Shown: positions 1-9,439, numbered from the stretch's first letter. The stretch is 64,000 nucleotides of DNA from Parcubacteria group bacterium Gr01-1014_13 (GCA_007376295.1 VMGB01000001.1:413969-477968), one strand, 5' to 3'. The notes: generated by a model not told the origin, from the letters alone. Made by a program: numbers and translations.

Positions 1-721
1 TAATGCCAACATAATAAACACCAGCCAAATACTATCGAAATGTCCGTGTACAACCCACTCAAATAAGGCTGCGGGTTGTAAAAACCACAATAACCAAAAA
101 TTACTCTTCTGCGAATTTTCATCTGATAAATCCAAAAACTTGTAAACCAGCCAACCGCATAATGCAAAAAATAGAGCGACTATAAATTTCCACAAAACAA
201 TAAAAGCAATTACATTGTCACGGCTTAAATCGTAAACGGCTCCAAAAACATGCGCCATTATCGGACCATATGGAAACCTATCCATTACTTTAAAAGCCGG
301 TTCCATAAAATGGTTTTCTCTGGGCCAATCCTGGGTAAATACATTCACCGTTCCTTGGCTAATGGATTTGCCTGCCCAAAAATAAAAGACTACATCGCCG
401 GATCCAAATGGCACCACAAGCGTGGCTAGAAAAATAAAAAGTGCAACGATACCCAAAATTTGTTTCTTTGATTTTGGTTTTTCACCCTCTTTAAACATTT
501 TCCAGAGAAAAAATCCCGAAGAAACCAAACAAGCAAGAATTATAAACAATGAGATAATTAAAATTAATTTCGAGACTGTATTTAACTGTGAAGCGCAAAA
601 AAGCCAGCCTTGCCCAAAGTAACACTTTTCCGCTAATACTTTAGGGTACATTGATAGGGAAAATGCGGCCAACATGCCCCACCCTATAAGACCAAGGATT
701 ATCGTCTTTTTAAAATTGGAC
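1..721 (-). CDS. polytopic membrane protein, 3'-part truncated by window edge
   Basis: Reverse-strand ATG at 719-721 translates MSNFKKTIILGLIGWGMLAAF..., hydrophobic throughout, no stop before coordinate 1; lies 10 bp downstream of the rfbH-like gene (same strand, likely same operon). Confidence 0.45.
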
Positions 722-730
722 ATACTTTAC

Positions 731-2032
731 TTAATACTGACTAACGAATTCTTCAAAACAAGTGACCATATACTCCATCATTTCAGTGGTGAGTCCAGGG
801 AAAACCCCGACCCAAAAAGTATTATTCATCACCAAATCGGCATTCTTTAAATCCCCCACCGCTCGATGTTCTATTTTATTTTCTATAAAATATGGCTGCT
901 TCACAATATTGCCGGCAAACAAATAACGTGTGGCAATTTGCTTATCATTCAAAAAATGGACGAGGGTATCGCGATCAAACGGCGCGTCTTCTTTTATTGT
1001 TAACAAAAATCCAAACCAGCTTGGTTCGGCATTATCAAGCCATTTGGGCAAAATAAAATAATCTTCAAATTTCTTTAGGCCTTTGTATAAAATATCAAAG
1101 TTTTCTCGGCGCTTGGCCACAAAACTCTCCAACTTTTCTAGTTGCGCCACTCCCAATGCAGCCTGCATGTCGGTAACCTTTAAATTGTAGCCGGTTTCGG
1201 AATAAATATATTTGTGATCATAACCATATGGCAAATTTCCCAGCTGCCAACCAAACCTCATACCGCAAGTGTTGTCGCAGCCTGGTTTACAATAACAATC
1301 TCTGCCCCAATCACGAAATGAACGAATAATTTTTGCCAAAATAGCATCGTTAGTAAACAACATGCCGCCTTCGCCCAAAGTAATATGATGAGCCGGATAA
1401 AAACTGCAGGTGGCAATATGGCCAAATGTTCCTGTGTGTTTGCCGTTATAAATTGAACCCAAAGCATCGCAGTTATCTTCTATCAACCAAAGATCGTGTT
1501 CTTTGCAAATAGCGGCAATTGCATCCAAATCAAATGGGTTACCCAAAGTGTGTGCTAAAAATATGGCTTTGGTTTTTGGAGTTACCGCCTTTCTAATTTC
1601 TTCGACATTGGCATTGTAGTAACCTAAATCAACATCTACCAAAACCGGTATTAATCTGTTTTGAATAATTGGATTTACGGTGGTAGGAAAACTCGTGGCC
1701 ACAGTGATTACTTCGTCGCCCGGATTTAATCGTTTAGCGCCCAGTTTTGCCGAAGTAAGAGCTGAGATGGCCAACAAGTTTGCTGATGATCCGGAGTTTA
1801 CCAAAATCGCTTGCTTGGCTCCCAACCAATATGCAAGTTTACTTTCAAATTCTTCAGTAAAATGACCTTCTGTCCACCAACCTTCGAGCACTGCTTCTAC
1901 CGCATTGATCATTTCTTTTTCATCAAAAACTTTGCCAGTTATGGGAACTGGCGAATCTCCGGGAATAAATGATTTTGGAGGGAATCTTTTATTGTATTCA
2001 GCCTGAATTTGATCTTTTAGATAATCTTCCAT
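731..2032 (-). CDS. rfbH: CDP-6-deoxy-D-xylo-4-hexulose-3-dehydrase (E1, DegT/DnrJ/EryC1 PLP/PMP-dependent family)
   Basis: 433 aa; DegT-family fold with the E1-specific cysteine cluster CYCKPGCDNTCGMRFGW ([2Fe-2S] site of RfbH/DdhC); co-clustered with rfbF and rfbG homologues. Confidence 0.8.
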   Translation of the reverse strand: MEDYLKDQIQAEYNKRFPPKSFIPGDSPVPITGKVFDEKEMINAVEAVLEGWWTEGHFTEEFESKLAYWLGAKQAILVNSGSSANLLAISALTSAKLGAKRLNPGDEVITVATSFPTTVNPIIQNRLIPVLVDVDLGYYNANVEEIRKAVTPKTKAIFLAHTLGNPFDLDAIAAICKEHDLWLIEDNCDALGSIYNGKHTGTFGHIATCSFYPAHHITLGEGGMLFTNDAILAKIIRSFRDWGRDCYCKPGCDNTCGMRFGWQLGNLPYGYDHKYIYSETGYNLKVTDMQAALGVAQLEKLESFVAKRRENFDILYKGLKKFEDYFILPKWLDNAEPSWFGFLLTIKEDAPFDRDTLVHFLNDKQIATRYLFAGNIVKQPYFIENKIEHRAVGDLKNADLVMNNTFWVGVFPGLTTEMMEYMVTCFEEFVSQY

Positions 2033-2040
2033 AGTGCTTT

Positions 2041-2592
2041 TTACTTTTTAAATACTTTTACCGCAGCTGGGATAACATATTTACGATGATGTGGAATTGT
2101 ATTTTTTGGCAAATGCTTTACATCCCACCAACGTCCTTCAGAATTTGGAACACCCTTGCATTTTATTAAATACACCATTGATAAAAACCAACCGCGCGGA
2201 TCGGGAATAAAAATTGAATCATGACATTTAAAATCACTAGTAATGGTTGTTTTAAACTCTCTTGAACTTAACCGATGAGCCACGTCCTTTGGCTGTTCAT
2301 TCGGACGAAAGACAGCTCCTGGTATATGCCACTGACCGGAGAAAGATTCGTGGACTCCACGTTTTAGCATAAAAACTTCTATGGCCCCGGTTTTTTTATT
2401 TTTCCGCAAACAAACAGCTTCAAAAGCCACACTTACAGACAGTCTGGCAATAGCTTCAAAAAGTCTGCTGCCCAAAGGTTTTTGCCCATTTTGAGATGTA
2501 AAAAAACTCTTATCATGCTGACCTTTTCCTTGCCAGGCATCTTCCACCAAGTCTTCAAATGAGGTAATAATTTCTTCTGAAGTTAATTGCAT
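2041..2592 (-). CDS. Nudix-fold hydrolase-like protein, divergent Nudix box (paralog 1 of 3)
   Basis: 183 aa; GQWHIPGAVFRPNEQPKDVAHRLSSREF aligns to the MutT Nudix box GxWxxPGG..E..7..REUxEE, but with R-L in place of R-E, as in GDP-mannose mannosyl hydrolase (NudD/WcaH). Shares AFEA, QWHxPG and HHRxxIPxA motifs with the two neighbouring paralogs. Own TTGCAT-N17-TAGAAT promoter at ~2600-2640. Confidence 0.5.
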   Translation of the reverse strand: MQLTSEEIITSFEDLVEDAWQGKGQHDKSFFTSQNGQKPLGSRLFEAIARLSVSVAFEAVCLRKNKKTGAIEVFMLKRGVHESFSGQWHIPGAVFRPNEQPKDVAHRLSSREFKTTITSDFKCHDSIFIPDPRGWFLSMVYLIKCKGVPNSEGRWWDVKHLPKNTIPHHRKYVIPAAVKVFKK

Positions 2593-2651
2593 ATCATAGA
2601 TAAATACGGCTTCTATTCTACCAATTAGACCTTAAAAATGCAAGATAAAAA

Positions 2652-2700
2652 AGAAGCCCTGCCACCTTTGTCCTATTGGACTTGGGTGGCAGGGCGTTAC
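2652..2700 (-). terminator. rho-independent terminator (stem gccctgccacc / ggtggcagggc plus T-run on minus strand)
   Basis: 11-bp perfect inverted repeat followed, on the minus strand, by cTTCTTTTTTATC; lies directly 3' of the 2727..3266 gene. Confidence 0.6.
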
Positions 2701-2726
2701 CGAGCTCTTCTGGGGCTGATCCTTTG

Positions 2727-3266
2727 CTAGTAGCGCGGATACTGCCAGTAGACTCGGGCTGCTTTCGGGATGATGATCTCGCGGTGGATATTTACCGTGT
2801 TACTAGGAAGATCGCTGACGGGAAACCACTTGTGACGATCGTCGATGCGTGGATCGCCAGCTAGCTTGACGATAAAGATGTGCGAGTGGACAGTCCCACG
2901 GTCTTCGGAGGTGATCTCTTTGTCGACCAGATCGAACTTTTCAATCCTGGTACCAAATTCCTCCTCCAATCGATTCGCCACGTCACGATCCTGCTCGCCA
3001 TGACGATAGAGTTTTCCAGGCGCATGCCACTGGCCCGGATAGGCAGTGTCATTCATAGCGCGTTGACGCAGAAAAACCTCATTGCCACCTCTGTCCGAAC
3101 GACGGAACACCATTGCCTCGAAGGCTGGCGTGGGCCACAGACGCATGATAGCATCGCACAAGGCGGTGCCAACGGGCTTGGTAGTATCCAATCGGTTCAG
3201 CATCTGAGCTAGAACCCTTTTATAGTCGTCGCTTGAAGGATCTTCCGGAACCACCGTGTTATTCAT
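2727..3266 (-). CDS. Nudix-fold hydrolase-like protein, divergent Nudix box (paralog 2 of 3)
   Basis: 179 aa; GQWHAPGKLYRHGEQDRDVANRLEEEFG is Nudix-like; its own promoter lies at 3324-3352 on the minus strand. Confidence 0.5.
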   Translation of the reverse strand: MNNTVVPEDPSSDDYKRVLAQMLNRLDTTKPVGTALCDAIMRLWPTPAFEAMVFRRSDRGGNEVFLRQRAMNDTAYPGQWHAPGKLYRHGEQDRDVANRLEEEFGTRIEKFDLVDKEITSEDRGTVHSHIFIVKLAGDPRIDDRHKWFPVSDLPSNTVNIHREIIIPKAARVYWQYPRY

Positions 3267-3323
3267 TGCGATTTCTCCTTTGTTTGTTCTCAGACCCTTA
3301 CGGGGGGTCTAAGGAGTAGTTGC

Positions 3324-3352
3324 TTTATATCCTAAATAAACAAAAAAGTCAA
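3324..3352 (-). promoter_or_regulatory. sigma70-type promoter: TTGACT(3347-3352)-N17-TATAAA(3324-3329), minus strand
   Basis: Read on the minus strand: aaCCTTGACTTTTTTgtttatttagga TATAAA; lies ~55 nt upstream of the start at 3266. Confidence 0.45.
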
Positions 3353-3425
3353 GGTTGGCTATTAAAAAAACGCCCTGCAGTCTTGTCCGATTTGGACTAG
3401 ATAAACAGGACGTCAATCTCCTTAA

Positions 3426-4013
3426 TTACTGGAAAGAACGTTTGGGTTGGCCTGATTGATTGCGCTTATGATGAGCTACAGCTGCCAACGGGATGATTGG
3501 ATCGGAGTGGTGCGGCACAATACTCTCTGGCAATTTACTGATGGGATGCCAATCGTGCCGAAGATCAAGCAATGGTTGCCCAACGAGGTCTACTAGAAAA
3601 ACATTTGAATGCACCGTACCCCTCTCTTCGTGATGTACTGGAAATCTACTCACAAAATGGAATGATTTGATTCCAGTATGGAAGAAATCTTCTTCAAGAC
3701 GTTTGGCAACATCTTGATCATGTTCCCCCTGTCGATATATAGAGCTGGGAGCACACCATTCGTTAGGGTGGGCAATGTCGTCTGGTGGGCGCTTGGTCAG
3801 ATAAACTTCGGTATCTTTACCACTACCACGAATATGCAAGGCTTCGAAAGCGACTGCTGGCTTTAGCCTCGTAAGAGCATTGCACAGCTTGGTTCCCTGA
3901 AACTTTCTCGGGTGAATTAGAGAAAGCAGGTCCGCTAACAACTCTTTGAGTTCGTCGCCGTCGAGAGATTTAGCTTTTTCTAAAATATGCCTTACATTTG
4001 CTGATTTTACCAT
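3426..4013 (-). CDS. Nudix-fold hydrolase-like protein, divergent Nudix box (paralog 3 of 3)
   Basis: The ORF track gives 3426..4061 (211 aa). The predicted promoter (-35 at 4088-4093, -10 at 4065-4070) places the TSS near 4058, so the internal Met (MVKSANV..., 4013) is the likelier start, giving ~196 aa. NEWCAPSSIYRQGEHDQDVAKRLEEDF is Nudix-like. Confidence 0.45.
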   Translation of the reverse strand: MVKSANVRHILEKAKSLDGDELKELLADLLSLIHPRKFQGTKLCNALTRLKPAVAFEALHIRGSGKDTEVYLTKRPPDDIAHPNEWCAPSSIYRQGEHDQDVAKRLEEDFFHTGIKSFHFVSRFPVHHEERGTVHSNVFLVDLVGQPLLDLRHDWHPISKLPESIVPHHSDPIIPLAAVAHHKRNQSGQPKRSFQ

Positions 4014-4064
4014 TCTTTTTTTCCTTTGGCACTTCCTATCCACCGTGGATAGAGAAGACATATC

Positions 4065-4093
4065 AAATTATCATTTATTAACAAAAAAGTCAA
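4065..4093 (-). promoter_or_regulatory. sigma70-type promoter TTGACT-N17-TAATTT (minus strand) overlapping the 7-bp inverted repeat gtcaagg-N4-ccttgac
   Basis: Minus strand reads aaaCCTTGACTTTTTTgttaataaatga TAATTT. The palindrome GTCAAGGtttcCCTTGAC (4089-4106) overlaps the -35 box and is a possible operator. On the plus strand, TTGACC(4102-4107)-N16-TACAAT(4124-4129) reads as a possible divergent or antisense promoter. Confidence 0.4.
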
Positions 4094-4121
4094 GGTTTCC
4101 CTTGACCTAATCCGGTTTTAG

Positions 4122-4754
4122 CTACAATATTTTGCGAGTAGAAATATGTTCATGCTCGATCACATTTCCCGCATCATCAAATAATACCCGCCACGCTTCG
4201 CCTTTTTCCAAATACATAACCCTGCCTTTTTCGTTTTTTAACTCCCTAAGCGACGGCAACGACTTGCCTGGATTCAGCAATTGCCACATTGCAAAAGCGG
4301 TCGGATCGCCGTGGCTAACCACAAACACGGTCTTGCCTTGATATTTGGCGAGGATATCCTTTATCGCCGCCACCATCCGAGCCGTAAAACTTGGCGGTCT
4401 TTCAATGCGCAAATTTTGTAAAGCCGGATGTGTATACGGATCTATGATTTCTGCCAACCAAACAAGGGATCTGCCAAACATGTCCGGCGAATCCGGGTCC
4501 TGTAAACGCGGATCAGGCTCAATTGACAAATTCAAGCCGGGATAATTACTCATAATTTCCGCGGAAGATTGCATGGCCCGCAAAAAATCACTGCTGACAA
4601 CCACGTCCGGTACCACCCCACTCTTACGAAAAATACGGCCAAGCACTCGCATTTTTTCTTTTCCAAATTCGCTTAAGGAAATAGTCCCATCGTAAATAAT
4701 TCCTTTCGGATTTTCCAAATCTCCGTGGCGAATTAAAAAGATAGTGGTTTGCAT
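4122..4754 (-). CDS. histidine phosphatase superfamily protein (phosphoglycerate-mutase-like)
   Basis: 210 aa; N-terminal LIRHGD catalytic RHG motif and a C-terminal SHG motif (VVSHGDPT). Confidence 0.6.
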   Translation of the reverse strand: MQTTIFLIRHGDLENPKGIIYDGTISLSEFGKEKMRVLGRIFRKSGVVPDVVVSSDFLRAMQSSAEIMSNYPGLNLSIEPDPRLQDPDSPDMFGRSLVWLAEIIDPYTHPALQNLRIERPPSFTARMVAAIKDILAKYQGKTVFVVSHGDPTAFAMWQLLNPGKSLPSLRELKNEKGRVMYLEKGEAWRVLFDDAGNVIEHEHISTRKIL

Positions 4755-4760
4755 AAAAAC

Positions 4761-4789
4761 TTTATACCGTAAATAAACGAAAAAGTCAA
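4761..4789 (-). promoter_or_regulatory. sigma70-type promoter TTGACT(4784-4789)-N17-TATAAA(4761-4766), minus strand; predicts a leaderless transcript
   Basis: Minus strand reads taaCCTTGACTTTTTcgtttatttacgg TATAAA, and the start codon sits at 4754, ~7 nt after the -10 box. Confidence 0.45.
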
Positions 4790-4797
4790 GGTTAAAC

Positions 4798-5736
4798 CTA
4801 AAAATTCACCCTCTCTCTTTCTATCACCAGTGGCCGTTCGCGTACTTGGGTGTAAATGGCTCCAATATACTCGCCCAAGATACCAATAAAAAACAACTGA
4901 ATGGAAGAAAAGAAAAAGATACCGATACTAAGCGGTGCTAAGCCGGCTTCAAACCGATCCCAAAAAAGCAGTTTGTAAATTAAATAAACTATACCGACTA
5001 TAAAACTGATAACTGACATGCCAAAACCAATAAAACTGGCCAGACGCAAAGGAATTTTGGAATGATTCACAAAACCAAGCATAGCCAAGTCGTAGAGCGA
5101 ATAAAAATTATTGCTGGTCTTACCTCTTTTTCTGGCTGGCTGAAAATAACTTACTTCGGCGCGATTAAAACCAAGTTCGGTAATTAAACCGCGAAAATAT
5201 GGATATGGATCTTTGAGCGTGCGCAAAACCGCAATAAATTTTTGGTCGTATAGACCAAAACCAGTGAAATTTTTTATTTGCTCAACATCCGATATTTTTT
5301 TTATTAAGTTATAATAAACTTTTCGTATAGCGAACATTATAGCATTCTCTTCACTTTTATTTTTTACTCCCACCACAATAGAACTTCCTTCTTCCCACTT
5401 CTGCAAAAATTCTTTAATTGTCGCTGGCGGATCTTGTAAGTCGGAGGCCATCAGCACCACAGCATCGCCATGCGCTTGCTGCAATCCATAGTATGGAGAA
5501 CGGATATGACCAAAATTTTTGATGTTAACGATAATTTTTACATTATAATCTACGGTAGCCAATTTTTTTAATACCGCCACGGTACTGTCTGTGGAAGCAT
5601 TATCAATAAAAATATGTTCATAGCGATATTGAGGCAGATCGGCAAATACGGCTTTAACCTGACTGTACAATTCTTCCACGTTTAATTCTTCGTTGTAGCA
5701 TGGGGTAACCACGCTAATAAGTTTTTTGTCTGACAT
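4798..5736 (-). CDS. family-2 glycosyltransferase with C-terminal TM helices (polyprenol-phosphate sugar transferase, DPM1/ArnC/GtrB-like)
   Basis: 312 aa; N-terminal VVTPCYNEE and DNASTD motifs (GT-A DxD-like); two C-terminal TM helices. Confidence 0.7.
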   Translation of the reverse strand: MSDKKLISVVTPCYNEELNVEELYSQVKAVFADLPQYRYEHIFIDNASTDSTVAVLKKLATVDYNVKIIVNIKNFGHIRSPYYGLQQAHGDAVVLMASDLQDPPATIKEFLQKWEEGSSIVVGVKNKSEENAIMFAIRKVYYNLIKKISDVEQIKNFTGFGLYDQKFIAVLRTLKDPYPYFRGLITELGFNRAEVSYFQPARKRGKTSNNFYSLYDLAMLGFVNHSKIPLRLASFIGFGMSVISFIVGIVYLIYKLLFWDRFEAGLAPLSIGIFFFSSIQLFFIGILGEYIGAIYTQVRERPLVIERERVNF

Positions 5737-5740
5737 ATAA

Positions 5741-6619
5741 TTATTCTTCTAATAAAGTCTGGTGATTTAAATTCGGTAAAGCTGTTTTGTAATAAGATAC
5801 AAGCTGAGCAATGGCAGAATCAATGGTTGTAAAGGTAATGCCAGGAAATGCTTGGTTCATAAGAGTGGAGTCACAAGAATATTCTTTTCCATACCCTTTG
5901 CTAGAGATAAGGACAGGTACTTCATAACCAATAGTCTGAATCACTTTTTCTGCAATAGTTTTTAAATCAATTGCTTCACCACGGCCAATATTAATAAAAG
6001 TTTCTTTTGGCTGGTTGGCAATGCATTTTTCTAAAATATGAATAAAATCATCAATAAAAAGATAATCGAACATCACATTTTGACGCATGGTAATTGGTTG
6101 GCGCAGAAGCGCCCGGCAAATAGCATTGGAAATAAAGCGAATCTCATAATCTTCGTATTTGCCAAAAACTGCGAATAAGCGTAAGTGAGTAATATAATCT
6201 ACTTTGTCTGCGTACTTGGCGCAGACATATTTGTACAAGCCGTATTCATCATTGGGTACGTGTTTATCAAAGTCGGTTTCTTTGACTTTAACGAGCGGCT
6301 GTTGTTTATCATACTCTGCTCCAGAACCAAGGGTAATCATGCGTTTAAAAAAAGGTTTGGCGCGTACCAGATTAAAAAACATCCTTAAATTAACATGGGT
6401 GATACCAAAGACATGTTGTTGTTTACGCGTACCGCCAATATTAGCGGCGTGAATCACAATATCTACCGGATTTTTCTCCAAAAAATTATACACCGCATCG
6501 CTGTCGGTGAGATCTAGTTCGGCATGGGTAGGCGCAATAATCTCGTACTTGCTACTGAGCTGTTCTTTTATATTGCGGCCGATAAATCCATTACCGCCAG
6601 TTAAAAATATTTTCATCAT
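5741..6619 (-). CDS. NAD(P)-dependent epimerase/reductase (extended SDR), candidate nucleotide-sugar 4-reductase
   Basis: 292 aa; N-terminal Rossmann motif GGNGFIGRN and a YxxxK active site (YGLYKYVCAKY); located in the CDP-sugar cluster. Confidence 0.65.
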   Translation of the reverse strand: MMKIFLTGGNGFIGRNIKEQLSSKYEIIAPTHAELDLTDSDAVYNFLEKNPVDIVIHAANIGGTRKQQHVFGITHVNLRMFFNLVRAKPFFKRMITLGSGAEYDKQQPLVKVKETDFDKHVPNDEYGLYKYVCAKYADKVDYITHLRLFAVFGKYEDYEIRFISNAICRALLRQPITMRQNVMFDYLFIDDFIHILEKCIANQPKETFINIGRGEAIDLKTIAEKVIQTIGYEVPVLISSKGYGKEYSCDSTLMNQAFPGITFTTIDSAIAQLVSYYKTALPNLNHQTLLEE

Positions 6620-6620
6620 A

Positions 6621-8426
6621 CTAATTTTTATCTTTAACGATCATATTTTCCGCCAATTCTTCTGGGCTTAAAAACGGAAACATGTTTTCGTATGGATTGG
6701 ACATCATCTTGCCGTCTGGACCTTTTTCAGAAGTAACACGCGGGATAAGAAGCTGCCACTCTGGCGTCATCACATCGCAAATCACCGGACCGTCATGATC
6801 AAGCGCTTCTTTTATTTTTTCATCTACTTCATCTACCGAAGAAATGCGTATACCTTTGATACCGTAGACTTCGGCAATCTTTAACGCATCCGGACACCAC
6901 ACACCAGAATCTGGACTCTCGCCGATCATACGGCCGCCAAAAAAATTACGCTGAGTATGACGCATTAGCAAATAGCCGTTGTTGTTGAAAATAAAAATTT
7001 TCAGTGGCAAATTGTTTATTTTCACTGTGGCCAGTTCCTGTAAATTCATTTGCATGCTGCCGTCACCGGTAATAACGATTGTAGGTTTTCGGCCCGCAGC
7101 AATACACGATCCAATGCCTCCTACCCAATAACCCATTGTAGAAATACCGCCAGTAGTAAGAAAACGCTGATCTTTTTTTATCTTCCATGTTTGAGCAGCT
7201 ACATGAAAACAGGATCCGGTATCAACTAAAATATTTGCGCCCGGCGGAGTCAGTTCGCTTAAGCGGTCGGTAAAATAATATGAATTGACCGGTTTTTCAT
7301 CTTTGTAAGAAGGCAAAACAACCGGATATTTTTTTCTCCAATTCTGACATATTGCCACCCACTGCGGCCTTTCGATTTCCGGCTGACTCTGTGCATATTT
7401 TGCAAGTTCAATCAAAAATTCTTTAGCATCAGCCAAAACAGGTAAAACAATATTTAAATCTGGTTTTTCCAGTTCTTTTTGGTCAATATCGACAACAATC
7501 TTTTCGGAATTACGGCCAAAATCTTTTACGTTGTAGCCGGTAAGCGATACGGTAAGGCGAGAACCAACCGCGATAATCAAATCAGCATTTTGCACAGCAA
7601 AATTAGCACTGCGTTCGCCATAAGTCCCCGGCCGGCCGGCATAAAGCGGGTGATCGCTAGTGATAATATCTAAACCTAAACGTGAAGTTAAAAGAGGAAT
7701 TTTTATTTTTTTTATTACTTCTTCAAAAGCCGGAATGCCGCCAGATAAACGTACGCCTTGTCCGAAAATAAATAACGGTCTTTCTGCCTTGGCAATACGC
7801 TCATAAACAGCTTTTACTTTTTCTGCTAACTCTGGAGATGGCTGAGAAATTTCTACCTCAACTTCTGCCGGTGGGCCATACGCATCAATGACTGACTGCG
7901 GCACTTCTGTGCGCTGCATATCTACCGGCACTTCAATCCACACCGGGCCGGGCCGGCCGGTAGTTACCTGCTTCCAAGCTTCGGCAACATATTCGCCGAT
8001 ACGGGCAGGATCATCTACGGTGACAAAATATTTGGTAATCGGCGCAACCATTTTGCGTATACTTATCCCCTGCACGCCAAATTGGCGAATATCAGTTTTT
8101 TCCGCGTATTGGACAATAGATAAATTTGATTGGCCGGAAATAACAATCATCGGAGAAGAATCTACCCAAGCGCCAACAACGCCATTTAAAGCATTTACCG
8201 CTCCCGGTCCGGCGGTAACCATCGCAATTGCCGGTTTGTTAGCCACTCGGCTGTAGGCCTCGGCAGCCATAGTTGCGCTTTGTTCATGGTGCGGACAGGT
8301 ATAATGAAATTGTTTGTTTTTGGCGACAGCGTCGTTTAAAAACATGGCATGTCCGCCGGTAATAGTAAAAACTTCGCTCACACCGCGCTCACCAAAGTAT
8401 TTGAAAATAAAGTCTGCGATAATCAT
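6621..8426 (-). CDS. thiamine-diphosphate-dependent enzyme of the acetolactate-synthase family (YerE-like candidate C2-branch transferase)
   Basis: 601 aa with three TPP-enzyme domains; TPP-binding motif GDGSMQMNLQELATV...NN; immediately adjacent to the aldolase/dehydrogenase pair and the CDP-sugar genes. Confidence 0.75.
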   Translation of the reverse strand: MIIADFIFKYFGERGVSEVFTITGGHAMFLNDAVAKNKQFHYTCPHHEQSATMAAEAYSRVANKPAIAMVTAGPGAVNALNGVVGAWVDSSPMIVISGQSNLSIVQYAEKTDIRQFGVQGISIRKMVAPITKYFVTVDDPARIGEYVAEAWKQVTTGRPGPVWIEVPVDMQRTEVPQSVIDAYGPPAEVEVEISQPSPELAEKVKAVYERIAKAERPLFIFGQGVRLSGGIPAFEEVIKKIKIPLLTSRLGLDIITSDHPLYAGRPGTYGERSANFAVQNADLIIAVGSRLTVSLTGYNVKDFGRNSEKIVVDIDQKELEKPDLNIVLPVLADAKEFLIELAKYAQSQPEIERPQWVAICQNWRKKYPVVLPSYKDEKPVNSYYFTDRLSELTPPGANILVDTGSCFHVAAQTWKIKKDQRFLTTGGISTMGYWVGGIGSCIAAGRKPTIVITGDGSMQMNLQELATVKINNLPLKIFIFNNNGYLLMRHTQRNFFGGRMIGESPDSGVWCPDALKIAEVYGIKGIRISSVDEVDEKIKEALDHDGPVICDVMTPEWQLLIPRVTSEKGPDGKMMSNPYENMFPFLSPEELAENMIVKDKN

Positions 8427-8427
8427 A

Positions 8428-9438
8428 CTATTGTTTTTTGTGCTTAGCCAACTCCATCGCCACCTCCACTACTATATCTTCTTGTCCGCCCACGACTCGG
8501 CGTTTTCCCAGTTCCATAAAAATTTCCCGCGGATCAACACCAAATCTTTCGGCCGCGCGCTTTACCGGTAAAGTAAACACCGAAAAAACTCCGGCCAAAC
8601 CGCTGGCAATGGTAATAGAATCAATTTCCAATAATTTTTTCATGAACGTTGTCACGATCTGATCGCTTACATCCATTAAAATATTTAAATCAACTGGAAT
8701 TTGATAGCCCATTTTTTTAAGCAGCGCCACTAACACTTCAATCGGGCAATTGCCGGCTCCCGGACCAAATCCGCGAATCGTACCATCAGCAATACGAGCG
8801 CCGACTTCCAGCGCCATCCAAGTATGCGCCACAGCCATGCCCAAATTGTTGTGGGCATGAAAACCGATCGGTACCGGCAGATTTTCTACTAAATATCCAA
8901 TTGTTTCTTTTACCATTGCGGGTGTAGAAGCACCGGCTGAATCCATAATGATAATTCCTTGCGCGCCATAACTTACCATTTTTTTTGCTTCTTCAAGAAG
9001 GCGTTCTTTAGTTGTCATGTGATACATCATGAGCACTCCATAAACTTCTTTTCCCAGTTCGGCTACATACTTTATATATTGCTGAGTAACATCGGCCTCA
9101 GTACAATGCGCGGCCACACAAACCAAATCAACTCCAAGTTTCATGGCTGGAGCCAAATCGTTTGCGATAGTGCCAAAACCAGGCAATAGAAAAATACCCA
9201 AACGAGTTTGTTTTAATTCTTTGCGCGCGACTGCCAATAATTCTAAATCCGGTGTACCCGAAATGCCTACTTGCACAGATGAAGCGCCAATACCATTGCC
9301 ATGGCCAACAATAACCACATATTCACCAGCTTTATCTACGGCACGACAATAGCGCTCCACTTGTTCAGTGGTAAGTTGGTGCGAAATAGCATGTTGGCCA
9401 TCACGCAAAGTAGAATCAAAAATCATTAAATCTTTCAT
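8428..9438 (-). CDS. 4-hydroxy-2-oxovalerate aldolase-like (DmpG/MhpE/BphI family, HMGL-like TIM barrel)
   Basis: 336 aa; DSTLRDGQHAISHQLT, HAHNNLGMAVAHT and GFGPGAGNCPIE motifs match DmpG. Confidence 0.75.
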   Translation of the reverse strand: MKDLMIFDSTLRDGQHAISHQLTTEQVERYCRAVDKAGEYVVIVGHGNGIGASSVQVGISGTPDLELLAVARKELKQTRLGIFLLPGFGTIANDLAPAMKLGVDLVCVAAHCTEADVTQQYIKYVAELGKEVYGVLMMYHMTTKERLLEEAKKMVSYGAQGIIIMDSAGASTPAMVKETIGYLVENLPVPIGFHAHNNLGMAVAHTWMALEVGARIADGTIRGFGPGAGNCPIEVLVALLKKMGYQIPVDLNILMDVSDQIVTTFMKKLLEIDSITIASGLAGVFSVFTLPVKRAAERFGVDPREIFMELGKRRVVGGQEDIVVEVAMELAKHKKQ

Positions 9439-9439
9439 A

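Noticed and set aside
1258-1865. Small ORFs on the opposite strand inside rfbH (1258..1467 minus-frame, 1680..1865 plus)
   Set aside because: They are embedded in, or antisense to, a well-supported 433-aa gene and have no independent signals. The same applies to many other 60-140-aa track ORFs antisense to large genes (e.g. 7888..8256, 24755..25186, 31238..31549, 41445..42050, 45681..46103, 46405..46831, 57162..57469, 60190..60675).
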